Of a DNA stretch of 45,285 nt, positions 1 to 10,270 are shown piece after piece. Made by a program: the position numbers and the translations under genes. Under the pieces are notes generated by a model. The model was not told the DNA's origin and ran no database searches. It saw nothing but the letters and a program-made list of their open reading frames with translations. Numbering within the stretch: the first letter of the stretch is position 1; each line of letters begins with the position of its first letter. The DNA is from Candidatus Planktophila sp. (GTDB lineage Bacteria > Actinomycetota > Actinomycetes > Nanopelagicales > Nanopelagicaceae): contig CAXNDQ010000001.1 in the NCBI GenBank assembly GCA_964201275.1, positions 1 to 45,285 on the forward strand, in the 5' to 3' direction.

Positions 1-311
1 TCCATCATTCCTGGCATTGAAAACTTTGCACCAGATCGAACAGAGACTAAAAGCGGATTATCAACGCCACCAAAGGTTTTGCCTAACTCTTTTTCTAACG
101 CAGAAAGAGAATCGCTAATTTCTTTGCGAAGTCCATCAGGAAACTTTCCGCTCTTTAAATATTCGCGGCAAGCTGTTGTGGCAATTGTAAATCCGGGTGG
201 AACAGGCAGACCAATGCGCACCATCTCGGCGAGGTTGGCACCTTTGCCACCTAACAAATCTTTTTGAGACATGTCACCGAAAGTAAATGGGTAAATATGT
301 TGTTGCTTCAC
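1..311 (-). CDS. ppdK: Pyruvate, phosphate dikinase, 5' part (runs off the window edge)
   Basis: Not in the ORF track. Manual translation from GTG at 311 gives [48 protein letters not shown]...[17 protein letters not shown], the PPDK N-terminal signature. SD-like GGAAGG lies upstream. Confidence 0.95.
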   Translation of the reverse strand, partial: MKQQHIYPFTFGDMSQKDLLGGKGANLAEMVRIGLPVPPGFTIATTACREYLKSGKFPDGLRKEISDSLSALEKELGKTFGGVDNPLLVSVRSGAKFSMPGMM

Positions 312-539
312 AAATGTGCCTTCCCGAAAATTTGCAGAAATTAAGAGAGTGAATTTTTCAGCGCTTTACTTACAGCATTAATCTACTTCTTACAGCAGAA
401 GCAGGGGCGGAATTTCTTCCGGTACGCAATCTTGTTTCTTTTGCTGGAAATCCAAACTGGAAAGGAAAATATTTCACCTCAAGGACCTATCGCAAGCGTG
501 AGGTTTGCGCCTAGTATTGAACTCGGACAGGAGAATTCA

Positions 540-1937
540 ATGGCATCGATAGATTCACCAAATGCAAGCCTCACTCCGGGGATAACACATTGGCGGGAGG
601 CTATGAGCGCACTGCGCGCCGGTGTTTCACAACGCGAATTCACACCGAAAGTTGGAATCGCATCCGGAATTTGGGGTGCATCAAAGAAATCGCGCTCTGA
701 AAGTGTTCACATCGGTCTCTTCTTAACAGCGATTGCACGAGAAGATGAGGGAGGTCGTCGCAGTTTCATTGTAGGAATCGATCTCTGCGTTCTTGGTTGC
801 GCTGAATGTGCCGACGATATGCTCGAGCAAATCGCTAAAGGTGTCGGTGTAAGCCGCGATCAAATCCTCTTCTCTTCAAGCCACACACACGCCGTACCAA
901 TGCCTTGCATCCACAGAGCAAAGAAAGATGGATCAGAATTAGTTCCAGAATTTAGGGAATTAATCATTAAGAAAACTATCGAGGCGTGTATTGATGCAGC
1001 ATCAAAAATCGCAGATGTAGATATCACTTGGGGTTATGGTCACTGTGACCTAGCGGTAAATAGAGATCTACCTTGTGGCTCAGCCGAAGTGGTGGCATTT
1101 AATCCAGAAATAATCGCTGATGACACAGTCACCGTCGGTCGAGTATCAACGCGTGATGGAAAGATAATTGCAACGATCGCAAACTATGCCTGTCACCCAA
1201 CAACTCTTGCCTGGGACAATATGGCAATCTCACCGGATTACATCGGTATGGCACGCAAACTTGTCGAGGCAGAAACTGGCGCTCCGATGCTATTTCTACA
1301 AGGAGCCTCAGGAGAACTTTCACCACGCAATCAGTACAGCGGTGACACTGATCTTGCCGATCGCAACGGCGCAATTTTGGGGCACGCAGTTATCTCAACG
1401 CTCAAAGCGATGCAATCTCCTGGTTGCGGATTGCGATGGAACGGCATTGTTGAATCTGGCGCTCTGCTTGGCGAATGGCACGAAGAGAAAGTCTCTGGAT
1501 CAAGTCAAGCAAAAGAAATTCGCATCGATGTGCCAGTGCGCGTTAAAGAGTGGAAGAGCATTGAGCAATTACGTGAAGAGTGGGCGGGAATTGATGCTGA
1601 TGCACTTGAAGAACGTATTAATCGTGCAACCCGCCTTCGCATTGGATATGAATCTGGCGCTGAGGTAACGCATCCAGTTTGGATTTGGCAATGGGGTGAG
1701 GCAATTTTCGTTGCTCAACCGGGTGAGGCGTATTCCTATATTCAAACTGAATTGCGTAAGCGTAATCCTGGTCGAATCATCTTCGTTGTAAATCTGACCA
1801 ATGCGCCAGGGCTCTTCTATTTACCAATTCGCACCGCGTATAACGCACCTGCTTATCAAGCCTGGCAAACTTTATTAGCACCGGGTTGCATTGAGGCTGT
1901 TACAGATCAAGTTGATAAAGAACTTAAGAAAATCTAA
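540..1937 (+). CDS. Neutral/alkaline ceramidase-like metallo-amidohydrolase, paralog 1
   Basis: Motifs SSSHTHA, LAVNRD, NYACHPT, FLQGASG, PGEAY, FYLP. Start moved from 432 to ATG 540, which has SD CAGGAG 6 nt upstream. Confidence 0.8.
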   Translation: MASIDSPNASLTPGITHWREAMSALRAGVSQREFTPKVGIASGIWGASKKSRSESVHIGLFLTAIAREDEGGRRSFIVGIDLCVLGCAECADDMLEQIAKGVGVSRDQILFSSSHTHAVPMPCIHRAKKDGSELVPEFRELIIKKTIEACIDAASKIADVDITWGYGHCDLAVNRDLPCGSAEVVAFNPEIIADDTVTVGRVSTRDGKIIATIANYACHPTTLAWDNMAISPDYIGMARKLVEAETGAPMLFLQGASGELSPRNQYSGDTDLADRNGAILGHAVISTLKAMQSPGCGLRWNGIVESGALLGEWHEEKVSGSSQAKEIRIDVPVRVKEWKSIEQLREEWAGIDADALEERINRATRLRIGYESGAEVTHPVWIWQWGEAIFVAQPGEAYSYIQTELRKRNPGRIIFVVNLTNAPGLFYLPIRTAYNAPAYQAWQTLLAPGCIEAVTDQVDKELKKI

Positions 1938-1954
1938 CGAGAGGTGGATGAAAC

Positions 1955-3379
1955 GTGGTTAAAAGAGTCATACCAAAGATGAGCAGTACAGATCTGCCTC
2001 CAAAGGAGAAACTCTTCCACTATCCGTTTAGCGCATCTCTTAAAGCGGGCGTTGCACAACGCAATATCGATCCACCGATTGGAATTAGAGCGGCTAGCTG
2101 GGGAGCAGCAAAGTCACACGTTGCAACTGGTCTGCATCGCGATATCACCACAACGGCTCTCGCTGTTCTGCACGGCTCAACCCCGCTTTATTTAGTAACA
2201 GTTGATTGGGGTTGGTGGCAGGGAGTTAAAGATGATTTAAATATCCGCGGCAAAGTTATCGCTGGCCTAGGAATTAAAGAAGATCAACTTCAATTACACC
2301 TTACTCATACTCATGCTGGCCCAAATACGGCGTGCGATGTTGCTCATCTAGAAGGTGGCGAATTACTTGCGCCGTATCATCAATTTGCAGTCGATTCGAT
2401 AATTAGCGCGTGTAAAGAAGCTAAAGATGGTGCGATCGCCGCAACCATAACTTGGGCATATGGAAAATGCGATCTGGCGGTAAACCGCGAACTTCCTTGC
2501 GGTGAAGTAGATATCGTGGGCTTTAATCCCGGAGTAGAAGCCGATGACACACTCACTGTTGGTCGTGTAAGTGATTCTTCAGGCAAAATTATTGCAACAG
2601 TTGTGAATTACGCGTGCCATCCAACAACTCTGGCTTGGCAAAATACTGATGTGTCACCTGATTTCATTGGCGCCGCCCGTGAAATGGTTGAACAAAAAAC
2701 TGGTGCACCGATGCTCTTTTTACAAGGCGCCTCAGGAGATCTGGCTCCACGTGATGGTTATGTGGGAAATCACGAGATTGCAGATAAGAACGGACGAATT
2801 CTTGGTTTCGCATCTCTTGCGGTATTAGAAAAGATGATTCCATCAGGTAAAGCAATGCGATTTAAGAATCGGGTTGAATCTGGAGCGCTGCTTGGCGAAT
2901 GGGAGGATTTTGCTTTCCAAAGTTCTACATTTACCGATGCGGTTCGCTTAGATATCGATGTTCCGCTGCAAGATCTTCCAACTTTTGAAGAGCTAGAAGA
3001 GCGTTGGAAAGATATTGATGCTGGTGCGCGCGAAACTCGTTTGGCACGCGCACGTAAATTGCGTACTGGTTATGTTTTAGAAAATCAGCGCGCCAAGCAT
3101 CCCGTTTGGATCTGGGCTTGGGGCGATGCCATCATTGTTGGACAACCTGGTGAGGCATACTCATTCTTCCAAACCGAACTGCGACGCAGACATCCAGATC
3201 GTGTGATCTTTGTACTTAACTGCACCAACGGTCCAGGTTATGTATACATCCCAACACCAGATGCTTATTCACGTTTTCGTTATCAATCCTGGCAAACCCT
3301 GCTTGAAGTTGGCGCGCTTGAATTGATTACTGACGAGGTGTCTGCAGCGATTGCGCGAATGCCGAAATCAGTAAAGTAA
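1955..3379 (+). CDS. Neutral/alkaline ceramidase-like metallo-amidohydrolase, paralog 2
   Basis: Motifs LTHTHAGP, LAVNRE, NYACHPT, FLQGASG, PGEAY. Clearly similar to paralog 1. SD GAGAGGTG. Confidence 0.8.
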   Translation: MVKRVIPKMSSTDLPPKEKLFHYPFSASLKAGVAQRNIDPPIGIRAASWGAAKSHVATGLHRDITTTALAVLHGSTPLYLVTVDWGWWQGVKDDLNIRGKVIAGLGIKEDQLQLHLTHTHAGPNTACDVAHLEGGELLAPYHQFAVDSIISACKEAKDGAIAATITWAYGKCDLAVNRELPCGEVDIVGFNPGVEADDTLTVGRVSDSSGKIIATVVNYACHPTTLAWQNTDVSPDFIGAAREMVEQKTGAPMLFLQGASGDLAPRDGYVGNHEIADKNGRILGFASLAVLEKMIPSGKAMRFKNRVESGALLGEWEDFAFQSSTFTDAVRLDIDVPLQDLPTFEELEERWKDIDAGARETRLARARKLRTGYVLENQRAKHPVWIWAWGDAIIVGQPGEAYSFFQTELRRRHPDRVIFVLNCTNGPGYVYIPTPDAYSRFRYQSWQTLLEVGALELITDEVSAAIARMPKSVK

Positions 3380-4783
3380 ATGAATAAAGCACGTCCAGCG
3401 GTTGATCGCGAAGGTGCATTCCTTTCACGACTCCAAATCGGGATAGCAACTGCCGACATCACTCCCCCAATTGGGATCTCAGCAAATCCTTGGGGAAAGA
3501 GCAAGAGCGCAATCTCTCGTGGTGTCCATAAACCTATGGAGGCAACGGTCGCTGCAATCAGTAGCGATGGCGATAGCGATATCTCGTTAATTTATGGATT
3601 AGATCTTGGCTGGATCGGTTGCCATCAATGTGATGTGGTTAATTTTAGATCTCGCATGGCACGCGAGTTAAAGCTAGATATCGATTCAATTCTTGTAAAT
3701 CTAAGCCAGACCCATAAAGGTCCTCCATTCTGTATTCACGAACCAGCGCGCGAAGGTGGCGAACTAGTTGCTGGCTATGTCGAAAAAACGATTGAAGATT
3801 TAATTGCCGCTGGTAAACGAGCAATTCAAGCTCGACAGAAGGCAGATTTAACTTGGGCTTACGGAAAGTGCGCACTCGGTTCGGTACGCGATTTAGTAGT
3901 AACCGATGGCGAGTCAACTCAAGTGGTTGTTGGTTATAACCCGGAGTTAGAGCCAGATGACACTTTAGTAGTTGGCCGAGTTACAGATCAGAGCGGGAAA
4001 ATCATTCTCACTATTGTTAATTATGGATGCCATCCAACTTCAGTTGGTTGGGAGAGCGATTTAATCAGCCCTGATTATGTAGGAAGAGCGCGTGAGTTAG
4101 TTGTGGAAGCAACGGATGCGCCGATGCTCTTTTTGCTTGGTGCGTGTGGAAACGTTGCACCGAAAGAACAGTATTCCGGTGATGTTTTAGTTGCAGATCG
4201 CAATGGCGAGATGTTGGGCTATGCCACGTTGGCAACTCTGGCCAGCATGCTTGCGCCAGCGCGCGAACTTCGCTTTGACCAAGTAATTACATCGGGTTCA
4301 AACCTTGCTTCTTGGCTACCGACAAAGGTTGAACCTAATGAACTCTTTGAGCGAAAGAAGATTTCGGTTGAGATGCCTCATAAAGAATTGCTGACCGATG
4401 AAGAGATGCGCGTTGCCTGGGCACCAATCACCGCAACCGAGGTCTTTCTAAACTTTAGAATTAGAAAACAACACGAAATTCGTATTGATTACGTGACTGG
4501 CGATGGAACCGTAAGACATCCGGTCTGGATTTGGCAGCTCGGAGATGCGATCGTGATTGCACATGGTGGCGAGGCGTACTTGGAGTTGGCGCGGGATCTG
4601 CGCCGCCGAAATGCGGATCGCATGATTGTCTTCTTAGATATGACTAATGGTCCCGGCTATCTGTACTTACCTACAAAGATCGCCTACGAGCAAAATAATT
4701 ACCAGTCCCAGCAAAGCATTGTGGCATCTGGCGGACTTGAAATTATGTTAGAAGTTCTCGATCAAGCAGTTAAATCTCTGTAA
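3380..4783 (+). CDS. Neutral/alkaline ceramidase-like protein, paralog 3 (first His of HxH replaced by Gln)
   Basis: Motifs LSQTHKGP, NYGCHPT, FLLGACG, GGEAY, GYLYLP. Abuts the stop codon of paralog 2. Confidence 0.78.
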   Translation: MNKARPAVDREGAFLSRLQIGIATADITPPIGISANPWGKSKSAISRGVHKPMEATVAAISSDGDSDISLIYGLDLGWIGCHQCDVVNFRSRMARELKLDIDSILVNLSQTHKGPPFCIHEPAREGGELVAGYVEKTIEDLIAAGKRAIQARQKADLTWAYGKCALGSVRDLVVTDGESTQVVVGYNPELEPDDTLVVGRVTDQSGKIILTIVNYGCHPTSVGWESDLISPDYVGRARELVVEATDAPMLFLLGACGNVAPKEQYSGDVLVADRNGEMLGYATLATLASMLAPARELRFDQVITSGSNLASWLPTKVEPNELFERKKISVEMPHKELLTDEEMRVAWAPITATEVFLNFRIRKQHEIRIDYVTGDGTVRHPVWIWQLGDAIVIAHGGEAYLELARDLRRRNADRMIVFLDMTNGPGYLYLPTKIAYEQNNYQSQQSIVASGGLEIMLEVLDQAVKSL

Positions 4784-4792
4784 TAAAGCGAT

Positions 4793-5626
4793 TTAACTTA
4801 CAAATCTGAGGGAAACGATACCTACGACAGCAATCACTGCTGCAATTATCGTTGATCTATCTGGAATTCTCTTGTAAGAAATCGATTCGAAGAGCAGAAC
4901 CCACAACGACACAGTTGCAAGGATCGAAACCATCAAGATAATTTCCCCACCTTGAAGAGCATAAACCGAGGCAATTGACCCTACTGAAATTAGCGATGCT
5001 CTCTGAATTAACTTGAAGAGATCGTTCTTCGTTAAGCCTCTCGGTGGAAAAATGGCGAGACAAATAAGCCCAGCAAGTGCTTGTCTTACGATGAAAGTCT
5101 CAGAAACGCTTATGCCTTCGGTTCCAAGAACCGCGACATTTACAGATACAAAGCCCGATGTGATGGCCGCCGAGAGTGTAAAAAAGATTGTCTTTCCCAA
5201 ACGCAAGCCCGGAATGCTGGATCGGATTGGGAAGAGGCTTGCAGCAATTAGCGCAATGACTGCTACTACTTGCAGAGCTGAGACGCTGGTTCCCAACCAA
5301 ATTGGCGCAAGCACCAGCGCTACAGCGGGCGAGAGAGTGCTAGATATAGAAGAGATTGACGCCGAACTTCGCTTAATAATCACAAAGATGAAATAACCCG
5401 CGATAACACTTGCGAGTGCTGCGCTTAAATGTAGTGCGAGGATCTTTGGTTCAATGACGACCCAATCTCCTCCCTGAACAAAAGCAATTGGCAGGGTGAA
5501 AAGGCAGTTAAGTAGAAAGAGTGGACCTAGCGTTGTCAGGAATGGGATCTGTGTAGTAATACCCTTTGTAAGAAATGTTCCGAGACCTATTGTTAATGCA
5601 GCAAATACGGAAACTAATTCAAACAC
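4793..5626 (-). CDS. DMT/EamA-like membrane transporter
   Basis: 277 aa with about 10 hydrophobic segments in two repeats and an EamA-like 'STLSPAVALVLAPIWLG' segment. Confidence 0.65.
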   Translation of the reverse strand: MFELVSVFAALTIGLGTFLTKGITTQIPFLTTLGPLFLLNCLFTLPIAFVQGGDWVVIEPKILALHLSAALASVIAGYFIFVIIKRSSASISSISSTLSPAVALVLAPIWLGTSVSALQVVAVIALIAASLFPIRSSIPGLRLGKTIFFTLSAAITSGFVSVNVAVLGTEGISVSETFIVRQALAGLICLAIFPPRGLTKNDLFKLIQRASLISVGSIASVYALQGGEIILMVSILATVSLWVLLFESISYKRIPDRSTIIAAVIAVVGIVSLRFVS

Positions 5627-5627
5627 G

Positions 5628-5641
5628 TGGCAACGTTATCA
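5628..5641. promoter_or_regulatory. Candidate LacI-family operator TGGCAACGTTATCA, overlapping the leaderless -10 (TAACGT, minus strand) of the DMT gene
   Basis: 11/14 match to TGGAAACGTTTCCA, in the divergent DMT/SDR intergenic region. Confidence 0.55.
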
Positions 5642-5704
5642 GTGATAAAGATATTAATAAATGATATTTAGTGGCAGAATTCAGATCTGAGCCAAGGAGT
5701 AATT

Positions 5705-6499
5705 ATGAATTCGATAGATCAACTTTTAGGAATTAAGGGTCGTCTAGCGATGGTTGTTGGCGCTGCTGGTGGTTATGGGCGCCAATGTGCACTGACTTTG
5801 GCTCAATATGGAGCAAATATCGCTCTGATCGATCGCAATCAAGACGAATTAGAGAAAACTCAAGCAATGGTTCTTGCTGGAAATCCTGAGGCTGTTACTG
5901 CAATTTTTAATACTGATATCTCATCCGTTGATAACTGTGATCAGTTGATTAAAGATGTTTATCAGAAATTTAATCGTATAGATATTCTGGTTCACACCGC
6001 CGCGGTTTTGCAGAACGTCCTGCCCGAAGATGTTGACGAAGAGCATTGGAATACAACGCTTAATGTAAATCTGCGAAGTCAATTCTTTATCTCGCGAGGT
6101 GCGGCAAAAGTTATGCGGGAAGGAAAATGGGGACGCATCACTAACTTCATTTCTACTGCAGGACTTTCTGGTGGGCTTCCGGGATCGATTGTCTATGGAA
6201 TATCAAAATCTGGCGCAGTCGCAATGACTAAGAACTTCGCCAGAGCCAATGGCCGAGATGGAGTCTTAGTAAACGCCCTCTCCCCTGCCACTTTAGATAC
6301 ACCGCTCTTTAGACGTGGAATGAAAGATGATGTTCTAGAGGATTTGAAGAAGGAGCATTTGAGAATCAACGCCTACGGCAGATGGACGCGACCTGAAGAA
6401 GTTGCCGCTGCTGTACTTTTCTTATCGAGTGAAATGTCGAGCACTGTTACAGGCCACGTACTTCGGGCTGACTCAGGTGCAGAATTAGCGGGTTTTTGA
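5705..6499 (+). CDS. Short-chain dehydrogenase/reductase (SDR)
   Basis: GAAGGYG Rossmann motif and catalytic YGISK. SD AAGGAG. Confidence 0.9.
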   Translation: MNSIDQLLGIKGRLAMVVGAAGGYGRQCALTLAQYGANIALIDRNQDELEKTQAMVLAGNPEAVTAIFNTDISSVDNCDQLIKDVYQKFNRIDILVHTAAVLQNVLPEDVDEEHWNTTLNVNLRSQFFISRGAAKVMREGKWGRITNFISTAGLSGGLPGSIVYGISKSGAVAMTKNFARANGRDGVLVNALSPATLDTPLFRRGMKDDVLEDLKKEHLRINAYGRWTRPEEVAAAVLFLSSEMSSTVTGHVLRADSGAELAGF

Positions 6500-6503
6500 G
6501 AAA

Positions 6504-7733
6504 GTGGTTTTCTCTGCGTTAAAGAACAGCAACTATCGAAAGTTTTATATTGCCACCTTAATTTCCACTTTCGGAACCTTTACGCAGCGAGTTGCCCAAG
6601 ATTGGTTAACCCTTGACCTAACTTCGAGTGCGAAGAGTTTGGGTTTGGTTGTTGCGGCGCAATTTCTGCCTGGAATTGTCTTTGCGATTTATGGAGGCGT
6701 CCTTGCTGATCGCTATGATCAAAAACGAATCCTCTTTTGGCTCAATTTTGCCGGTTTTCTAATTGCGACATCAACTGGAATCCTTGTAGCGACTGGTCAC
6801 ATCACTTTCCATCTTCTTTTATTCTCAGCGCTTTTGCTCGGAATCTTCACTGGTCTTGATGGCCCCGTTCGACAGAGTTACTACGTGCTTCTTGTTGGCG
6901 ATAAAGATTTGCCGAATGCGCTTAGTTGGAATCAAATAAACCTAAATATCGGACGACTCGTTGGCCCTATTACTGCAGGGCTACTAATTGAACATTTCGG
7001 GACTAGCCCCGGATTTTTAATTAATGGCAGCTCTTATTTAATTGCTGTGCTTTTATTAACGACAATCAATGCTGCTCTCTATTTTCCTGCGCACGAACTG
7101 GAAGAATCGGAGAACAAAGTTACCTTTTTTGATTCACTCAGATATTTAAGAGAAAACCGCACAGTTCTGGTCCCAATTGCAGTCGTCTGCGCCATTGCAA
7201 TGGTGGGTCAAGATATGCAAATGACCTCAACTTTGATGGCAAGAACGGTTTTTGACGTCAGTCCAACATCCTTCGGACTTTTAGTCTCAACTCTTGCACT
7301 CGGCGCTATCGCTGGATCACTCGCGGTTGCGCGCACCAGCGCGGAAATTGATATCGCATTCTTGGCCCGTAATGCTTCATATATGGGTGCCACTTGGCTC
7401 CTGGTTGCATCAGCACCGAACTATTTCACTTACGGTTTGACGCTTTTCTTCGCGGGCTACTTCGCGATGGGCGTAAATATCTCCGGAAACATGTCGATCC
7501 GAAAATTTGCGGATCCCAGACATTATGGTCGGATCTGGGGAATTTATATCTCGCTATGGGTCGGTGCGCTGGCCGTTGGAGGCCCTCTGCTGGGCTGGAT
7601 AAGTGAAACATTCTCAGTTAGAAGTTCAATTTACTTTGGAGCAATTACAACTTTAATAATTGCATTGATTCTGCAAATTTATGTTAAGCGCACTTCTCCT
7701 AACGCGGCGAAAGATTCTCTCTCAAGTGAGTAA
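6504..7733 (+). CDS. MFS transporter (MFS_3/DHA3-like)
   Basis: About 12 TM segments, motif A GGVLADRYDQKR, N-terminal 'FSALKNSNYRKF'. Confidence 0.85.
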   Translation: MVFSALKNSNYRKFYIATLISTFGTFTQRVAQDWLTLDLTSSAKSLGLVVAAQFLPGIVFAIYGGVLADRYDQKRILFWLNFAGFLIATSTGILVATGHITFHLLLFSALLLGIFTGLDGPVRQSYYVLLVGDKDLPNALSWNQINLNIGRLVGPITAGLLIEHFGTSPGFLINGSSYLIAVLLLTTINAALYFPAHELEESENKVTFFDSLRYLRENRTVLVPIAVVCAIAMVGQDMQMTSTLMARTVFDVSPTSFGLLVSTLALGAIAGSLAVARTSAEIDIAFLARNASYMGATWLLVASAPNYFTYGLTLFFAGYFAMGVNISGNMSIRKFADPRHYGRIWGIYISLWVGALAVGGPLLGWISETFSVRSSIYFGAITTLIIALILQIYVKRTSPNAAKDSLSSE

Positions 7734-8565
7734 TCGCTTGCTCTGCAACGCCTATCTCATTTAATCCTGCACCCAAGTTAGAAAGTTCTATCGCAATAGG
7801 ACCATCAAAGCCCCGTGCGATAAGGCGATTAACTCTTTTGGCAATGTCAATCTTTCCGGTTCCAAAATTAACGGTTGGCCACCACCCAATTGGAGCACCT
7901 TGTACGTTATCTGGCATTTGGTCAATCTCTTTAGCTTGGATCATAAAAACTCTTGAAGTATCAATACTTTCCATTAATTGACTTATGTCATCACCAACGC
8001 GATAGGAGTTACCGAGATCTAGGCAGAGTCCAAGATATTGATCATCAATTCCGTTGATCATATCTAACAGGACCGGGACGTTAAAGTCGGCGTGATTTTC
8101 AACTGAGAGGCGCACACCTAATTGGCGAGCGCGCTTAACCAACAACTCTAAATGTTCGCCTATGCGTTCCATTCGAATGCGTGGGGCTTCATTGAAGTTG
8201 AAGTGGTTGCCAAAAACGATCCGCATTTGTTCTAATTCAAAGTCGGCTGATCTCTCTAGCCATTCAGTTGCGCTCTTAAATGCTTCTAACTTCTTGCCGC
8301 CATCGAAGCCATTTGGGTGTCCCCAAGTAAATGCAAGGTAATTCTCTTTTTCGCTGAGCCAGCCCTTTATTTCGGCTTGAGTCTGGCTATCGCTTAAATC
8401 TAAATATGCGGTCTGAAGCGTGATCAGATCAAGATCGTGCTCGCGTGCAAAGTCGATAAAATCTTTAGTTTGCCATTGCGTTTCTGCCGGCACTTCCCAC
8501 TTTGAATTCTCACCAAAGAAGCGATGGAAAGAGAAACTATCTATACCAAATCTGACACCACTCAT
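7699..8565 (-). CDS. Sugar phosphate isomerase/epimerase (xylose-isomerase-like TIM barrel)
   Basis: ENH, LDLGN, FGTG.ID and IEL motifs of the AP_endonuc_2 family. Confidence 0.8.
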   Translation of the reverse strand: MSGVRFGIDSFSFHRFFGENSKWEVPAETQWQTKDFIDFAREHDLDLITLQTAYLDLSDSQTQAEIKGWLSEKENYLAFTWGHPNGFDGGKKLEAFKSATEWLERSADFELEQMRIVFGNHFNFNEAPRIRMERIGEHLELLVKRARQLGVRLSVENHADFNVPVLLDMINGIDDQYLGLCLDLGNSYRVGDDISQLMESIDTSRVFMIQAKEIDQMPDNVQGAPIGWWPTVNFGTGKIDIAKRVNRLIARGFDGPIAIELSNLGAGLNEIGVAEQAITHLRENLSPR

Positions 8566-9329
8566 CTAGATAACCATCCGCCATCGACCGGCAGGATTAC
8601 GCCATGCATATAGTCAGATGCTTCGGATGCAAGAAATAGGGTTGGTCCGACCATATCTTCAGGTACTCCCCAGCGCCCAGATGTGAGGCGGCTCAGAATC
8701 TGATCATTGCGAATCGGATCAGTCCAGATATGTTTATTGAGTTTAGTCTTGATATATCCCGGAGCAATGGCATTTACATTGACCCCAGATTTAGCCCATT
8801 CGTTTGAAAGCGCTTTTGTCATCTGGCCCACGCCGCCTTTAGCTGCCGCATAAGTCGATGCGTTTAACCCGCCCTGGAAAGTGAGCATTGATGCAAAGGT
8901 AATTATCTTGCCGCTGCCGCGTTCGATCATTTCGCCCGCAGCCGCGTTAGCTAATTGGAAGTAAGAAGAGAGGTTTATTTGGATCTGCTCCATCCAAACT
9001 TCATCACTTGTATCAACTGCCGGACCGGGCTTAACGCCACCGTGGGCAATTACCAATACATCAATTCCACCGAGAGCGGTTCTGGCCTTTTCTATAAAAG
9101 CCCCACACTGTTTTGGGTCGGCGAAATCTGCAAGGACGTAATGCAGTTTTGTTGTGGGCGAGTTATTTGCAGTGAGGAAATCTTTTAGAGACTCAAATTG
9201 TGATGCCTCTCTTGCTGAAACAAGGACTTCTGATCCAGCATCAACGAATCCCTTTACCAGTGCGCTTCCGATGCCACCTGCGCCGCCAGTGATGACTACA
9301 CGGTTTCCCTTAATTTTGAAGGAACTCAT
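8562..9329 (-). CDS. kduD: SDR, 2-dehydro-3-deoxy-D-gluconate 5-dehydrogenase (KduD)-like
   Basis: ASMLTFQGG, YAAAKGGVGQMTKALSNEWA, NVNAIAPGY and C-terminal VDGGWLSR are all typical of KduD. Exact substrate not established. Confidence 0.65.
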   Translation of the reverse strand: MSSFKIKGNRVVITGGAGGIGSALVKGFVDAGSEVLVSAREASQFESLKDFLTANNSPTTKLHYVLADFADPKQCGAFIEKARTALGGIDVLVIAHGGVKPGPAVDTSDEVWMEQIQINLSSYFQLANAAAGEMIERGSGKIITFASMLTFQGGLNASTYAAAKGGVGQMTKALSNEWAKSGVNVNAIAPGYIKTKLNKHIWTDPIRNDQILSRLTSGRWGVPEDMVGPTLFLASEASDYMHGVILPVDGGWLSR

Positions 9330-9445
9330 TAGCGCTCTCGCAATCTTATTTTCTTAGTCAATTTGTCGTTGATTTTAATACGTTATCTTCCTATTCTTCT
9401 TTCATTAGGTCAAGGAAATCTAGATGAGAATTGAGAAATAGATAG

Positions 9446-10216
9446 ATGGCAATTTCTTGGGATAGTCGCAGCGGATTAGTTGGTAATTGCGTTGTTGTCA
9501 CCGGAGCAGCCGGCGGTATTGGTGCACCGATTGCGCGCGGATTTGCAGAGGCGGGAGCAAAAGTACTTCTTGTAGATCGTCCTGGACCGGCACTCGAGGA
9601 AGTTCACGCAACACTTACTGGGGATGGACATAAAACATTTGCAGCAGATGTATCAAAGATTGCTGATCATCACTTGATTTTTGAAGCAGCTGAAGCGATT
9701 GCGCCATTTGTTGCCATGGTGCACTGCGCTGCAGTCTTGCGTCGCCGCGCAACAGTTGATGAGGTCACTGAAGAAGATTGGGATTTGCAGATCGATGTAA
9801 ATCTAAAATCAACTTTCTTTCTCAATAGAACCGCGCGCGATGCTTTTCGGTCCAAGGGCCGAAAGGGTTCGATCGTTAACTTCTCATCACAAGGTTGGTG
9901 GAGCGGTGGTTTCGGTGGCTCAGTTGTTTACGCCGCAAGTAAAGGTGGCGTAGTTTCAATGACCAAAGGCTTGGCGCGTTCATTTGCAAAAGATGGCGTG
10001 CGCGTTAACTCTCTTTCACCTGGCGGAGTTGATACGCCGATGATGTGGAGTGATACCAGCCAAGAGGCGATGGCTAAGTTTGTGGAGATGATCCCAATGG
10101 GTCGCTTGGCTGATCCAAATGAAATGGTGGGCGGTGCAATATTTCTCGCCTCGGATGCTTCTAGCTATATGACCGGAACTGTTTTAAACATATCCGGCGG
10201 ACAGTTGATGTATTAA
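9446..10216 (+). CDS. SDR oxidoreductase
   Basis: TGAAGGIG and YAASK motifs. Confidence 0.9.
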   Translation: MAISWDSRSGLVGNCVVVTGAAGGIGAPIARGFAEAGAKVLLVDRPGPALEEVHATLTGDGHKTFAADVSKIADHHLIFEAAEAIAPFVAMVHCAAVLRRRATVDEVTEEDWDLQIDVNLKSTFFLNRTARDAFRSKGRKGSIVNFSSQGWWSGGFGGSVVYAASKGGVVSMTKGLARSFAKDGVRVNSLSPGGVDTPMMWSDTSQEAMAKFVEMIPMGRLADPNEMVGGAIFLASDASSYMTGTVLNISGGQLMY

Positions 10217-10270
10217 GAAAAGTAAAGACCTACCCAAGTAAGCCGATGATCTAGAGATTGCGAGATTGAT

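Noticed and set aside
79-267. 62-aa plus-strand ORF
   Set aside because: It is the antisense shadow of ppdK.
444-479. LacI operator upstream of ceramidase-like paralog 1
   Set aside because: Only CTGGAAA half-sites and a 9/14 match without the central CG are present. Not counted.
432-539. Longest-ORF N-terminal extensions (also at 12966, 23756, 25955, 26985, 35584, 39175)
   Set aside because: Downstream starts have better SD spacing or coupling, and the extensions overlap promoters, operators or neighbouring genes.
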